Shown here in pieces: positions 49,553 through 59,356 of a DNA stretch of 64,000 nucleotides (position 1 is the first letter of the stretch; each line of letters begins with the position of its first letter). The stretch spans positions 6,690 through 70,689 of the forward strand of contig JAFWIH010000005.1 in assembly GCA_017533795.1 (NCBI GenBank). The letters are read 5' to 3'. The notes below the pieces were generated by a model that was given only the letters and a program-made list of their open reading frames with translations, did no database searches and was not told where the DNA came from. Position numbers and translations under genes: made by a program. This DNA comes from Clostridia bacterium. GTDB lineage: Bacteria; Bacillota; Clostridia; TANB77; CAG-508.

Positions 49553-50299
49553 ATGGAACAAAACTTAAGTAAAAAATTATTTCATATATGTATGATAATA
49601 GTGATAATTGCAGTAATACTGTTTGGAGTTGGAATTTTAATAATACGATACCAAGTAGAAGGTGAAACAAATTTACCTTTTAATATTTCAAAAATCTCAA
49701 TTATAAGTTCTGTTGATGGTAAAGATAATAAGGATGATGTAAACAAATGGAACATTACTGTAAATCAAAACAATGACATATATATTTATATAGACAAAAA
49801 TAACAGCTATAATAAGACCGAAATTATAGATAGTATTATAGTAGATAACATTACATTTAATAAGGAAACAGAGAAAGGACAAATTAATATCTATAAACCA
49901 ACTGAAAAAGGAACGAATATATTCGAAAATTCAGAAGATAGTATTACAAATCAAATAATATATACTGGAGACATGGAATCTAATATAAAAAAACTTAAAA
50001 TTTCTAATCAAGGTGGATTAGTTGTTTTTAGAATAGCTAATGATAAAGTGGCTACATTTATTTCAAATGATTGGGAACAAGTAGATTATAGTAAATTATT
50101 ACAATCAACAAAGACAACATATGAGGACTTAAAAGCTATAGTCAATATGGATTTAACTATAAAACTTAAGTCAGGAAAATCATATAGAACAAATCTGCAT
50201 ATAGATGTTCCAATAAATGAAATAGTAGAAAAAGGAACATCTAGTAAAGAAATAACAGATACAAAAGAATTTATATTTAAAAGGATAGAAAATAATTAA
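49553..50299 (+). CDS. Membrane-anchored hypothetical protein (paralogue of 16592..17605)
   Basis: RBS AGGAGG, N-terminal TM, beta-rich ectodomain. Confidence 0.8.
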   Translation: MEQNLSKKLFHICMIIVIIAVILFGVGILIIRYQVEGETNLPFNISKISIISSVDGKDNKDDVNKWNITVNQNNDIYIYIDKNNSYNKTEIIDSIIVDNITFNKETEKGQINIYKPTEKGTNIFENSEDSITNQIIYTGDMESNIKKLKISNQGGLVVFRIANDKVATFISNDWEQVDYSKLLQSTKTTYEDLKAIVNMDLTIKLKSGKSYRTNLHIDVPINEIVEKGTSSKEITDTKEFIFKRIENN

Positions 50300-50307
50300 A
50301 AATATAC

Positions 50308-50336
50308 TTGATAAAAGTATAAATACAGTATATAAT
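50308..50336 (+). promoter_or_regulatory. SigA promoter of SRP RNA/dnaX
   Basis: TTGATA-17-TATAAT. Confidence 0.75.
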
Positions 50337-50348
50337 AAAAAAGGTATG

Positions 50349-50475
50349 AAGCTTAGGTCTTTGTATGGAAAACAAATCCAATAGATACCTATGAACCTTG
50401 TCAGGTCCGGAAGGAAGCAGCAATAAATAGTGTTTATTTATGTGGAATTTGTTTTCCATAGAGAGACTTAAGCTT
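50349..50475 (+). ncRNA. ffs: Signal recognition particle RNA (small form)
   Basis: Domain IV core GTCAGGTCCGGAAGGAAGCAGC in one long hairpin closed by AAGCTTAGGTCT/AGACTTAAGCTT; conserved position upstream of dnaX. Confidence 0.93.
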
Positions 50476-50503
50476 TTGAAATTGATATAAAGGATGTGAT
50501 AAT

Positions 50504-52126
50504 ATGGGGTACACAGCTCTTTATAGAAAATTTAGGCCAGCTACTTTTAGCGAGATGGTTGGACAAGAACATATAACAAAAACTATAAGAAATCAAATTA
50601 TATCAGGAAGAGTAGGGCATGCTTATCTTTTTAGTGGTGGCAGAGGAACAGGAAAAACTTCAGCTGCAAAGATTCTATCAAGAGCAATAAACTGCTTGCA
50701 TCCACATGATGGAGAACCTTGTAATGAATGTGAAATATGTAAAGAAGCACTAAATGGAAGTCTTACAGATATTGTAGAAATGGATGCTGCATCAAATAAT
50801 AGTGTAGAAGATATTAGAAGCATTAAAGAAGAAGTTAACTTCTTACCTACAAAAGCAAAATACAGAGTATATATTATAGATGAGGTTCATATGCTATCTA
50901 CAGGAGCATTTAATGCTTTACTAAAAACATTAGAAGAACCACCAGAACATGTCAAATTTATTCTAGCTACAACAGAACCACAAAAATTGCCGGCAACAAT
51001 ACTTTCGAGATGTCAGAGATTTGACTTTAAAAGAATTTCAAATTCAGATATTGTAAAAAGATTAAAGATTGTGTGTAAAGAAAGCAACATTGAGGCAGAT
51101 GAAAATAGCTTAAACATGATAGCTGAGCTTTCAGAGGGAGCAATGAGAGATGCTCTTTCCATTTTAGAAAGATGTGTGCAAAATGGAGAGACAAAAATTT
51201 CTCAAGAAAAAATTAGAGAGCTTATAGGAATTCCAAAATTGGAATATGTAAATAGAATAGTAAGTGGTATTATAAACTATGATATAGAAGAATGCTTACA
51301 AACAATACAAAGTGTAATTAATGAAGGAAAAGACATTAATAACTTTCTTTGGGAAATTATAAAATATATTAAAGATATTTTAATTGATAAGACAAATGGA
51401 AAACTTAGTATATATGATGAAAATGAGCTACAAGAAATAAAAAATCTTTCTGAAAAAACTACAAAAGACCGATTGATAAATTTAATTTATGATTTATCAG
51501 AGCTAGAAAATAGTATGAAATGGTCAACACAAAAACTAATAATGTTTCAAGCTGGAATTATAAAGCTATGTAATAAAGAGAAAGAAGGCAACAGGGAAAA
51601 CACTCAAAATGGAAGTAACAGTGAATTAGAGGAAAGAGTTGCAAAAATAGAAAACTATTTAAGATCGGGAAGTACTATAAGAGCTGGAGGGTCAAGAAAT
51701 ACTGGAACATCAACAAACATATCAAATCAGTTAAATAGACAGCAAAAATCACAAACAAAGCAACAACAGGCTAACCCTAGTTTTTCAAAAGAGACACAAA
51801 AGTTTTGGCCAGAAATAGTAAATAACATAAAAACACAAGGAAAGATGGGGTTATATACTAATCTCATAGGGACAGTTGCTACAGAACTAAATGATATGAC
51901 AATAGGAATAGAATTTCCAAATGGTATGTCTGCTTTTGGAAAAACAGTATTGGAAAAACCAGAAAGTATAAAAATTATATCAGATATGGTATCAATAGCT
52001 AAGGGAAAAGAAATGCACATTAAGTACATAGAAGGTGGAAATAATACCCTTGATTCACAAAACAATGTGGAAACAATAGAAAATTTTGCAAATGGTATGG
52101 ATTTACCATTTAACGTAATAGATTAA
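50504..52126 (+). CDS. dnaX: DNA polymerase III subunit gamma/tau
   Basis: ALYRKFRP, G.RGTGKTS, EMDAASN, IIDEVHML, SRCQ. Confidence 0.97.
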   Translation: MGYTALYRKFRPATFSEMVGQEHITKTIRNQIISGRVGHAYLFSGGRGTGKTSAAKILSRAINCLHPHDGEPCNECEICKEALNGSLTDIVEMDAASNNSVEDIRSIKEEVNFLPTKAKYRVYIIDEVHMLSTGAFNALLKTLEEPPEHVKFILATTEPQKLPATILSRCQRFDFKRISNSDIVKRLKIVCKESNIEADENSLNMIAELSEGAMRDALSILERCVQNGETKISQEKIRELIGIPKLEYVNRIVSGIINYDIEECLQTIQSVINEGKDINNFLWEIIKYIKDILIDKTNGKLSIYDENELQEIKNLSEKTTKDRLINLIYDLSELENSMKWSTQKLIMFQAGIIKLCNKEKEGNRENTQNGSNSELEERVAKIENYLRSGSTIRAGGSRNTGTSTNISNQLNRQQKSQTKQQQANPSFSKETQKFWPEIVNNIKTQGKMGLYTNLIGTVATELNDMTIGIEFPNGMSAFGKTVLEKPESIKIISDMVSIAKGKEMHIKYIEGGNNTLDSQNNVETIENFANGMDLPFNVID

Positions 52127-52141
52127 AGGAGGAATTTTAAA

Positions 52142-52486
52142 ATGTCAAAAAGAGGAGGATTCCCAGGAGGCATGGGAGGCTTTGGCGGAATGAATATCAA
52201 TAATTTAATGAAAGAAGCTAAAAAAATGCAAGCTGATTTAGAAAAAAGCCAAGCAGAATTATCAGAAAGAGAATTTGAGAGTTCTGCCGGAGGAGGAGCA
52301 GTAAGCGTAAAAGTTTCAGGAGACAAAAAAATAAAAGAAATAAAAATACAAAAAGATGTAGTAGATCCTGATGATGTAGAAATGCTTCAAGACTTAATAA
52401 TTACTTGTGTAAATGAAGCATTAAGGCAAGTAGATGAAGCACAAGCGTCTTCAATGGGAAAATATAATATTCCAGGACTTATGTAA
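52142..52486 (+). CDS. ybaB: YbaB/EbfC nucleoid-associated protein
   Basis: AKKMQ, AGGGAV.V, DPDDVEMLQDLI; between dnaX and recR. Confidence 0.95.
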   Translation: MSKRGGFPGGMGGFGGMNINNLMKEAKKMQADLEKSQAELSEREFESSAGGGAVSVKVSGDKKIKEIKIQKDVVDPDDVEMLQDLIITCVNEALRQVDEAQASSMGKYNIPGLM

Positions 52487-52507
52487 TTAAAGAAGGATGT
52501 ATAAAAA

Positions 52508-53107
52508 ATGTCGTATTATTCACCATCAATAGAGAAATTAATAGAAAGTTTTGAAAGACTACCAAGTATAGGACATAAAACAGCAGCAAGACTTGCATTT
52601 TATGTCTTGAATTGTTCAGAAGAAGAAACAAATGAGTTTGTTTCTTCTATTATCAATGCGAAAAAGAACCTTAAATATTGTAGCAAATGTTATAATATTT
52701 CAGATACAGATCCATGTCCAATATGTTCTAATGCTAAAAGAGACCAAAGCATTATATGTGTTGTGGAGGATGTAAAAGATATAATTGCAATGGAAAAAAC
52801 ACATGAATTTAAAGGAACATACCATGTTTTACATGGTTCAATATCGCCAATGAATGGAATAGGACCAGATGATATAAAAATTAAAGAGCTACTTTCAAGA
52901 CTTATGGATGGAGAGGTAAAAGAAGTTATACTTGCTACAAATCCTAGAGTTGAAGGAGAGGCAACAGCTATTTATTTATCAAAACTTATTAAACCATTAG
53001 GAATTACTGTTACAAGAATAGCTCATGGAATACCTGTTGGCGGGGATCTAGAATATACAGATGAAATAACACTAACAAAGGCATTAGAAGGAAGAAGAGA
53101 AATATAA
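52508..53107 (+). CDS. recR: Recombination mediator RecR
   Basis: LPSIG.KTA.RLA, C4 zinc finger, YHVLHG.ISP, Toprim EGEATA. Confidence 0.98.
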   Translation: MSYYSPSIEKLIESFERLPSIGHKTAARLAFYVLNCSEEETNEFVSSIINAKKNLKYCSKCYNISDTDPCPICSNAKRDQSIICVVEDVKDIIAMEKTHEFKGTYHVLHGSISPMNGIGPDDIKIKELLSRLMDGEVKEVILATNPRVEGEATAIYLSKLIKPLGITVTRIAHGIPVGGDLEYTDEITLTKALEGRREI

Positions 53108-53112
53108 AAAAT

Positions 53113-53143
53113 TAAGACGTGTCTATAATGACACGTCTTTTTT
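53113..53143. terminator. Bidirectional terminator recR/ugtP
   Basis: AAGACGTGTC-TATAAT-GACACGTCTT followed by a T run. Confidence 0.85.
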
Positions 53144-54264
53144 TACTTTAGTAAAATTTCACATATGTCTCTTGTAGAATTTTTATTAGCTAGCAAACTA
53201 GTATTTTTTTTCATTCTTTCTAATTTTTCTTGGTCATTAAGAATCTTTTGAAGTATAGTATATGCATCATCATGTTTACGTATCCAAACGGCAATCCCTT
53301 TTTCTTCAAGATACTCAGCATTTTCTTCTTCTTGTCCAGGAATAGGGCTAATTACAATTATAGGTAAGCTAGAAGCTAAACTTTCCGTTATTGTAAGACC
53401 ACCTGGCTTAGTAATAACCAAGTCAGATATTGCCATAAGTTCTGGTACCTTATCTGTAAAAGGAAGAATCTTAATAGAGTCCTCTTTATTAAATTTCTTT
53501 ACATATTCTTTAAACATTTCTTGCATTTTTTCATTTTTACCAGCTATTGCTATCATTTGAATATTGTTAAAGTTTTTAACAATACATTTAAAAATATCTA
53601 GTGTTTGACTCTTTCCTAATCCAAATTCTCCGCCAGCAAAAAATAAAATAGTTTGTTTTAATGGATTAAGATTAAATAATTTAAAAATTTCAATTTTATT
53701 AAATTTTTTTAAAAATTTACTTGATAATGGAATTCCTGTAACAAATACATTTTTTTCATTAATATTTTGCTTAGTTAAATATTCTTTCATTTTGTCATTT
53801 GCAACAAAAAAGAAGTCTGTATATTCTTTCCCAACAAGCCATTGGTCATGTGGAGCAAAATCAGTCATAATAGTTGCAAGTTTAGCAGTTACTTTTCCCT
53901 TCCTTTTTAAATAACTGCACATTTGGCTAGAGAAAGGGTGTGTAGATATGATCAAATCTGGTTGTTCTGCCCTTAATAGTTTAAGTAATTTAATAGCCAT
54001 TATAGTGTTTGACCTTGTTGAAATATGTGCTAATGCACCTTTTTGGGATTTATCATAAATCTTCCCCCATACCCATGGAGCTTTTTTGGCCATTTCTCTA
54101 TATGCTGCAGTTGTCATTTTTTCTATAGGTTTATTAACATATTTCATACAGTCAATAAGCTCTGTTTGATTTTCTGGGTAGTTTTCATTTATATAAGATT
54201 GTATAGATTTTGCAGCAGATAAGTGACCACCTCCATATGAGGCATAAAAAATCAATATTTTCAT
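53143..54264 (-). CDS. ugtP: Processive diacylglycerol glucosyltransferase (MGDG synthase, GT28)
   Basis: SYGGGH.SAA, STHPF, TGIP, ITKPGGLT..E, PIPGQEEEN. Confidence 0.9.
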   Translation of the reverse strand: MKILIFYASYGGGHLSAAKSIQSYINENYPENQTELIDCMKYVNKPIEKMTTAAYREMAKKAPWVWGKIYDKSQKGALAHISTRSNTIMAIKLLKLLRAEQPDLIISTHPFSSQMCSYLKRKGKVTAKLATIMTDFAPHDQWLVGKEYTDFFFVANDKMKEYLTKQNINEKNVFVTGIPLSSKFLKKFNKIEIFKLFNLNPLKQTILFFAGGEFGLGKSQTLDIFKCIVKNFNNIQMIAIAGKNEKMQEMFKEYVKKFNKEDSIKILPFTDKVPELMAISDLVITKPGGLTITESLASSLPIIVISPIPGQEEENAEYLEEKGIAVWIRKHDDAYTILQKILNDQEKLERMKKNTSLLANKNSTRDICEILLK

Positions 54265-54378
54265 AAAATCAATCCTTTATTAATTTTCTTTATTTTACCA
54301 TAAACTTCTCAAAATTGGAATAAACTATTCAAAATTAGTACAAAATAAAAATAGTATAAAAATTTGGGAGTTAGATAA

Positions 54379-55734
54379 ATGAAGGATATAATTAATAAAA
54401 AAAATTTGGTAGTAATAGTAGTTACTATTACTATTATTGTCATTTTGTTAGCATATAGTTTATATCAAAAAGAAAAGACATTTGAAACATCAACACAAAA
54501 TAACTATAATATGGCTTTTTACGAGGTTGTAAATCATATGCAGGATGTTCAAAATTATTTGGCTAAGTCACTTATATCAAAATCACCAGAAAATGGAGCA
54601 GAGACTTTATCTAATGTATGGCGAGAAGCAAATTTAACTGAAGTTTACTTGTCAATGTTACCATTAGAGAGTCAAGAGTTGGAGAATACACAAAAATTTA
54701 TAAATCAGGTAGGTGACTATAGTTATTCTCTTTCTAGAAAAAACATCAAAAGAGAAGAATTGACAGAAGAAGATTTGAATAATTTAGAGGAGCTACATGG
54801 TTATAGTGTTGAACTAACAAACACATTAAATCAGCTTTCAGAAGATCTCAACTCTGGTAGAATATCATGGAAAGATTTAACATCAAATAAAACTTCACCA
54901 TTTGCACAGGAGGTTAGTAATATAACTAAAGATAGTTTTAATAACTTACAGGAAAGCTTTAGAGAATACTCTGGATTAATATATGATGGTGCATATTCGG
55001 AACATTTAGCAAATGGAGAAAAAAGGGCTGTTATTGGAACAGAGATTACAGAAGAAGAAGCAGAAAGAAAAGCTAAAGAACTTTTAGGAGAAAATAAAAT
55101 AAAGAGTATTACAGGTTTGGGATTATCAGAAAATTCAAATATACCAGGCTATAACTTTGCAATAAAAGATAATGAAGAACACAGTATAAATGTTGCAATT
55201 ACACAAATAGGTGGTCACATAATTTCTATGAATTCAGATAGAAACGTCGAGGCTGAAGCAATAACACAAGAGGAAGCAAACGAAATAGGAAAGAAATTTT
55301 TAGAAAAAAATGGTTTTTTAAACATGAAAGAAACATATTTTTTAAAACAGGAGGGAATAGTAACAATAAACTATGCCTATAATCAAGATGGAGTAGTAAT
55401 GTATCCAGATTTGATAAAAGTTAAAGTAGCATTAGATGATGGGGAAATATTAGGAATTGAAACTACAGGATACCTGAATTCACACCAAGAAAGAGATATA
55501 TCCAAGATTAAAATTACAAAGGAAATGGCAAAAACAAAATTAAATAAAGATTTGCAAATAATGAGTGAAGGATTGGCTGTAATCCCAACGGAATGGCAGA
55601 CTGAAATATTGTGTTATGAATTTAAGGGAAAGATTAAAGAAACGGAATTTTTAGTTTATATAAATGCTGAAAATGGAAAAGAAGAGGATATACTAATAAT
55701 AACGAATACACCTAACGGAACATTGACTATGTAA
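54379..55734 (+). CDS. ypeB: Spore germination protein YpeB
   Basis: TM, Y..AFY, KFINQVGDY, LIYDGAYSEH, YPDLIKVKVALD.GEI, VYINA.NG.EE; upstream SigG-like GAATA-18-CAAAATA. Confidence 0.92.
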   Translation: MKDIINKKNLVVIVVTITIIVILLAYSLYQKEKTFETSTQNNYNMAFYEVVNHMQDVQNYLAKSLISKSPENGAETLSNVWREANLTEVYLSMLPLESQELENTQKFINQVGDYSYSLSRKNIKREELTEEDLNNLEELHGYSVELTNTLNQLSEDLNSGRISWKDLTSNKTSPFAQEVSNITKDSFNNLQESFREYSGLIYDGAYSEHLANGEKRAVIGTEITEEEAERKAKELLGENKIKSITGLGLSENSNIPGYNFAIKDNEEHSINVAITQIGGHIISMNSDRNVEAEAITQEEANEIGKKFLEKNGFLNMKETYFLKQEGIVTINYAYNQDGVVMYPDLIKVKVALDDGEILGIETTGYLNSHQERDISKIKITKEMAKTKLNKDLQIMSEGLAVIPTEWQTEILCYEFKGKIKETEFLVYINAENGKEEDILIITNTPNGTLTM

Positions 55735-55761
55735 AGAACGATTTGCATTTGATTTGATTAA

Positions 55762-55846
55762 GGTTTTCAACCAACAGGGACGGAGGAAACGGTCAAAGGG
55801 GACGGAGGATTTTGACCGTTTCCTCCGTCCCTGTTGGTTGAAAACC
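55762..55846. repeat. 85-bp GC-rich palindromic element (36-bp perfect arms), REP/MITE-like
   Basis: GGTTTTCAACCAACAGGGACGGAGGAAACGGTCAAA-13 nt-exact reverse complement. Confidence 0.9.
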
Positions 55847-55857
55847 ATTTGGTGTTT

Positions 55858-57609
55858 TTAGTGATGAACTTTATAAGTGTCTCTTGAAATAGTTGTAGAT
55901 GAAATTACTTGCCCATTTCTTTTTAGGGTTTTATATGTTGCGGAGGTAAAAGAATTGGTACCTCTACTAGTAATTCCAGAGGTGATTGTAACTTCACAAT
56001 CACTGTCTTCTTTTAAACCATATATATTAAATGTTGCAACTCCTTTGTCAACTGAACAAGTAATTTTTATTGCATAATTTCTATTATTTTTAAACTTAAA
56101 ATCTTGAGATCCATAAACAACTGTGGCATCTCTACCAGCTCCAATATAAGATGGAACAAATTGGTGATTCCTACGTTCTACAATATCTAAATTAGCATAA
56201 AGAGCGGCATTGTATAGTGTTGTAGAAATTTGACAAATGCCTCCACCTAAACCTTGAACAACCTGACCATCTTGATATACTGCAGCTTCTTTATATCCAG
56301 CAGCTATTGTTCTTTCACCAACAACAGCATTGTAAGAAAATGTCTGACCTGGAAGAACAACAGTACCATTAACTTTACTTGCAGCCAGTTTTAGATTTGT
56401 TGTTCTGTCTCTGTTTGATGCGGGATACCTTGTGCTAAAAGAAGATAAAAGATCGGGAAAAGCTTCCATACCTATCATATTTGTAGTTACACTTGGTTTT
56501 AATGTTTGAAGAGGAATTACATATTCTTCTTTCGTTTCATTTAGCATGGCTTTTGCTTCTTCTAAAGATATTTTAAAATCTAATCCATTTTCTTCAGGAT
56601 ATACAATGTGAGTTATTGCATCATAGTGAGCATTAACAGCATCTTTATGTACTTCATTATATATTTTTTCAATGTTTAGCTTGTCAGGTTCTTTTTCTAT
56701 TGTTGCAATTTCTATAGCACCGTTAGTATAGGATAAATTACCTAATTGTGAATTGATTGCTTCTATCATTTTAGAATTATCAATAACAACACCTGATTTA
56801 CCAGCAGTTACAACTAGATTATTACCATCTATATAGTAATCACTTTGTTTTACAGCGTCTGGAAGTTGAGTAGATATATCACTTAAAGTTTTATCTAATT
56901 GTTCTGTATTTATAGTAAATGTAGGTTTTATATCTACATGGTTAATTAGTAATGATAACTTCTTAAAACTATTGGCAAAAATATTATTTCCAGAACCTAT
57001 ATCGAATGCAGCGTCTATTGCTGACAATACATTTATTTTAGTTTCTATTTGCTCAGGAGCAATGTTAGTTTCATATTCATTATGCTTTAGAATTATATCA
57101 TTATTATCTAATTTATCTTGAACATATGTAGAAATTTTATCGGTTGCAGCTTCTCTGTCCAAACCTGAAACATCAATTCCAAGTATAGAAATACCAGAGC
57201 TGATTATAGAATTATTAGTATTTACAATTGTAAAAATAGTAAATGCTATAACTAAAATAGCAATTAAAGTAAAAACAATATTTTCACAAATTTTAAAAAC
57301 AAAATGGCCAATACTTGTTTCAGGTTGTACTTGACTAGAATTCTTTTCATTATCAGTAGTTTCAGAGTCTGAAGATTCTTCTGTTTTGATTTCATCTTTA
57401 GGAGTGCTAGTGTCATCTTCTATAACTTTTGGCTGTTCCTGACTTAATAATTCTTTTTGATTTTCATCACTTTTAGTGCTTTCGATTTTTTTAGAAGTTT
57501 CAGAGGTTTCTGAAGGTGTTTCATTATTAGAACTTTGAACTTCTTCGATTTTTGAATTATTTGTATTTAATTCTTCGTTTTCTTTCTTTTCTTTTTCTTC
57601 TAAAGCCAT
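55858..57609 (-). CDS. VanW-family protein with PG-binding_4-like region (YoaR-like)
   Basis: Acidic N-terminus, TM, RTTNL.LA..NG..PG..FSYN, GGGICQISTTLYNA, GRDATV. Confidence 0.9.
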   Translation of the reverse strand: MALEEKEKKENEELNTNNSKIEEVQSSNNETPSETSETSKKIESTKSDENQKELLSQEQPKVIEDDTSTPKDEIKTEESSDSETTDNEKNSSQVQPETSIGHFVFKICENIVFTLIAILVIAFTIFTIVNTNNSIISSGISILGIDVSGLDREAATDKISTYVQDKLDNNDIILKHNEYETNIAPEQIETKINVLSAIDAAFDIGSGNNIFANSFKKLSLLINHVDIKPTFTINTEQLDKTLSDISTQLPDAVKQSDYYIDGNNLVVTAGKSGVVIDNSKMIEAINSQLGNLSYTNGAIEIATIEKEPDKLNIEKIYNEVHKDAVNAHYDAITHIVYPEENGLDFKISLEEAKAMLNETKEEYVIPLQTLKPSVTTNMIGMEAFPDLLSSFSTRYPASNRDRTTNLKLAASKVNGTVVLPGQTFSYNAVVGERTIAAGYKEAAVYQDGQVVQGLGGGICQISTTLYNAALYANLDIVERRNHQFVPSYIGAGRDATVVYGSQDFKFKNNRNYAIKITCSVDKGVATFNIYGLKEDSDCEVTITSGITSRGTNSFTSATYKTLKRNGQVISSTTISRDTYKVHH

Positions 57610-57787
57610 TTTATTACTCCCATGAATAAAAATTGCATAAATATGCTAGATTTAAACAAAATCTCACATTTTATTTTATATTATATTTATAGTTTTGTCA
57701 ATGTGTTACAAGATGTAAATTTCTCCCAGTCAAACGGTTCTAAATTGGACAAAGTCTTAATAAAATATATTAAGGAGGATTAAAAAT

Positions 57788-58324
57788 ATGAAGGATAACA
57801 AATTGATTTTTATTTTTTTTATTGTAGCAGCAATAATTGCAATTATTGGATACATTGGAGTTAATTATTTAAAAGAAAGTCAGGTGAATAGTGGCATAGA
57901 AGAATATATACCACAAGAAGAAATAACAGATGAGCAAATGAGAAAAACAATGGTTAATCTTTATTTTTATAATAATGAAACAGGAGAGCTTGATACAGAA
58001 GCGAGACTTATAGATGCTGTAGAGCTTTTAGAAAACCCATATACCAAGTTAGTTCAAATGTTAATAGATGGCCCTAAAAATGAGAAATTAAAGAAATTAA
58101 TGCCAGAAGATGTAAAAGTAATAAAAACTGAATTTAATTCAGGATGCGTAATAGTAGACTTATCTATAGAAGTATTGAATTATACTGAAGATAAAGATCT
58201 AAAGAATAAATTGATTAACAGCATAGTAAATACATTAACAGAACTTTCAGAAGTTGAGAGTGTTAAGTTCTTAGTTAATGGTGAGCCAAACGAAGAGTTT
58301 AATGAAGAATATATAAAATTATAG
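57788..58324 (+). CDS. GerMN domain protein
   Basis: V.LYF, LIDGP, VDLS, SIVNTLTEL..V..V.FLVNG. Confidence 0.88.
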   Translation: MKDNKLIFIFFIVAAIIAIIGYIGVNYLKESQVNSGIEEYIPQEEITDEQMRKTMVNLYFYNNETGELDTEARLIDAVELLENPYTKLVQMLIDGPKNEKLKKLMPEDVKVIKTEFNSGCVIVDLSIEVLNYTEDKDLKNKLINSIVNTLTELSEVESVKFLVNGEPNEEFNEEYIKL

Positions 58325-58522
58325 TTTATTTATAATTTTATATAGTTTTACATATTTTAAAAAATGACTAAAATTATTTAAAAAATATTCTACTTCATTT
58401 AATGAGCACATTGTATTATTTTTTAAATTCATAAAATTTATTTTGTTTTTATGAGGCGACATAGTGCCTCTATTTTTTTGACAATTTGAAGTTGCTCTAT
58501 ATAAATTGTTCAAATCAATCAC
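58319..58522 (-). CDS. Small hypothetical protein
   Basis: ORF with AGGAG (true start probably TTG a few codons in); fills the intergenic gap; …CSLNEVEYFLNNF..FLKYVKLYK. Confidence 0.45.
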   Translation of the reverse strand: MIDLNNLYRATSNCQKNRGTMSPHKNKINFMNLKNNTMCSLNEVEYFLNNFSHFLKYVKLYKIINKL

Positions 58523-58600
58523 TCCTAAAAAGTTTATTTTTGCAATAAAAAGAAATTTATTATATAATATGTAAACAAAGTAAAAAAAGTACGAGGTATA

Positions 58601-59356
58601 TTGATGAAAGATATATTAAAGGAAAATGAAAGAATAGATGACTTAGAGTTTAAAAATTTAAAGATAATTCAGAATTCAGATGGATTTTGTTTTGGAATTG
58701 ATAGCGTATTACTTTCGGATTTTGCAAAAAAAATAAAAAAAGGAGCTAAAGTAATAGATTTAGGGACAGGAAGCGGAATAATAAGTATTCTTTTATGCGG
58801 AAAAACTGAAGCAAGAGAAATCATTGGAGTAGAGGTGCAAAAAGAAGTATATGATATGGCAACAAGAAGTGCTAAGTTAAACAAATTAGAAAATAGATTT
58901 AAAATAATAAACAAAAATATAAAAGATTTAAAAAATGTGTTTAAACCTAACAGCTTTGATGTAGTAGTGACAAACCCACCATATAAAAAGTCAAATACAG
59001 GATTAAAAAATGAAATAGAAAAGAAGTATATTTCTAGGCATGAAGTCAAAGCAAATTTAGAAGATTTTATAGACATGACTAAATATTTATTAAAAGATAA
59101 AGGGGAATTCTATATGGTGCATAGGCCAGATAGATTAGTAGATATTTTATATTTAATGAGAAAGCATAAAATAGAACCAAAACAAATTAAGTTTGTGTGC
59201 CCAAATGTCGAAAAATCTCCAAATCTAGTATTAATAAAAGGAATAAAAAACGGAGGGCAATTCTTGAAAGTAGAAAAAAATTTGTATGTATACAATGAGG
59301 ACGGAACTTATACAGATGAAATATTGAAAATATATAATAAGGAGATAAAAAAATGA
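58601..59356 (+). CDS. tRNA1(Val) adenine(37)-N6 methyltransferase (YabB/TrmN6)
   Basis: FCFGIDSVLL, DLGTGSG, NPPY, SRHE, VHRPDRL. Confidence 0.92.
   Translation: MMKDILKENERIDDLEFKNLKIIQNSDGFCFGIDSVLLSDFAKKIKKGAKVIDLGTGSGIISILLCGKTEAREIIGVEVQKEVYDMATRSAKLNKLENRFKIINKNIKDLKNVFKPNSFDVVVTNPPYKKSNTGLKNEIEKKYISRHEVKANLEDFIDMTKYLLKDKGEFYMVHRPDRLVDILYLMRKHKIEPKQIKFVCPNVEKSPNLVLIKGIKNGGQFLKVEKNLYVYNEDGTYTDEILKIYNKEIKK

Noticed and set aside
50277-50459. 60-aa minus-strand ORF
   Set aside because: Antisense to the SRP RNA
50504-52126. Programmed -1 frameshift in dnaX; SSB-like DLPF near its C-terminus
   Set aside because: No A_AAA_AAG slippery site with downstream hairpin was seen; DLPF is not terminal and is too short to be meaningful
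58447-58479. GAGGCGACA match to tRNA-Pro within a hairpin
   Set aside because: Only 9 nt and 30 kb from the tRNA; explained as part of a GAGGC/GCCTC terminator-like stem or the small minus-strand ORF
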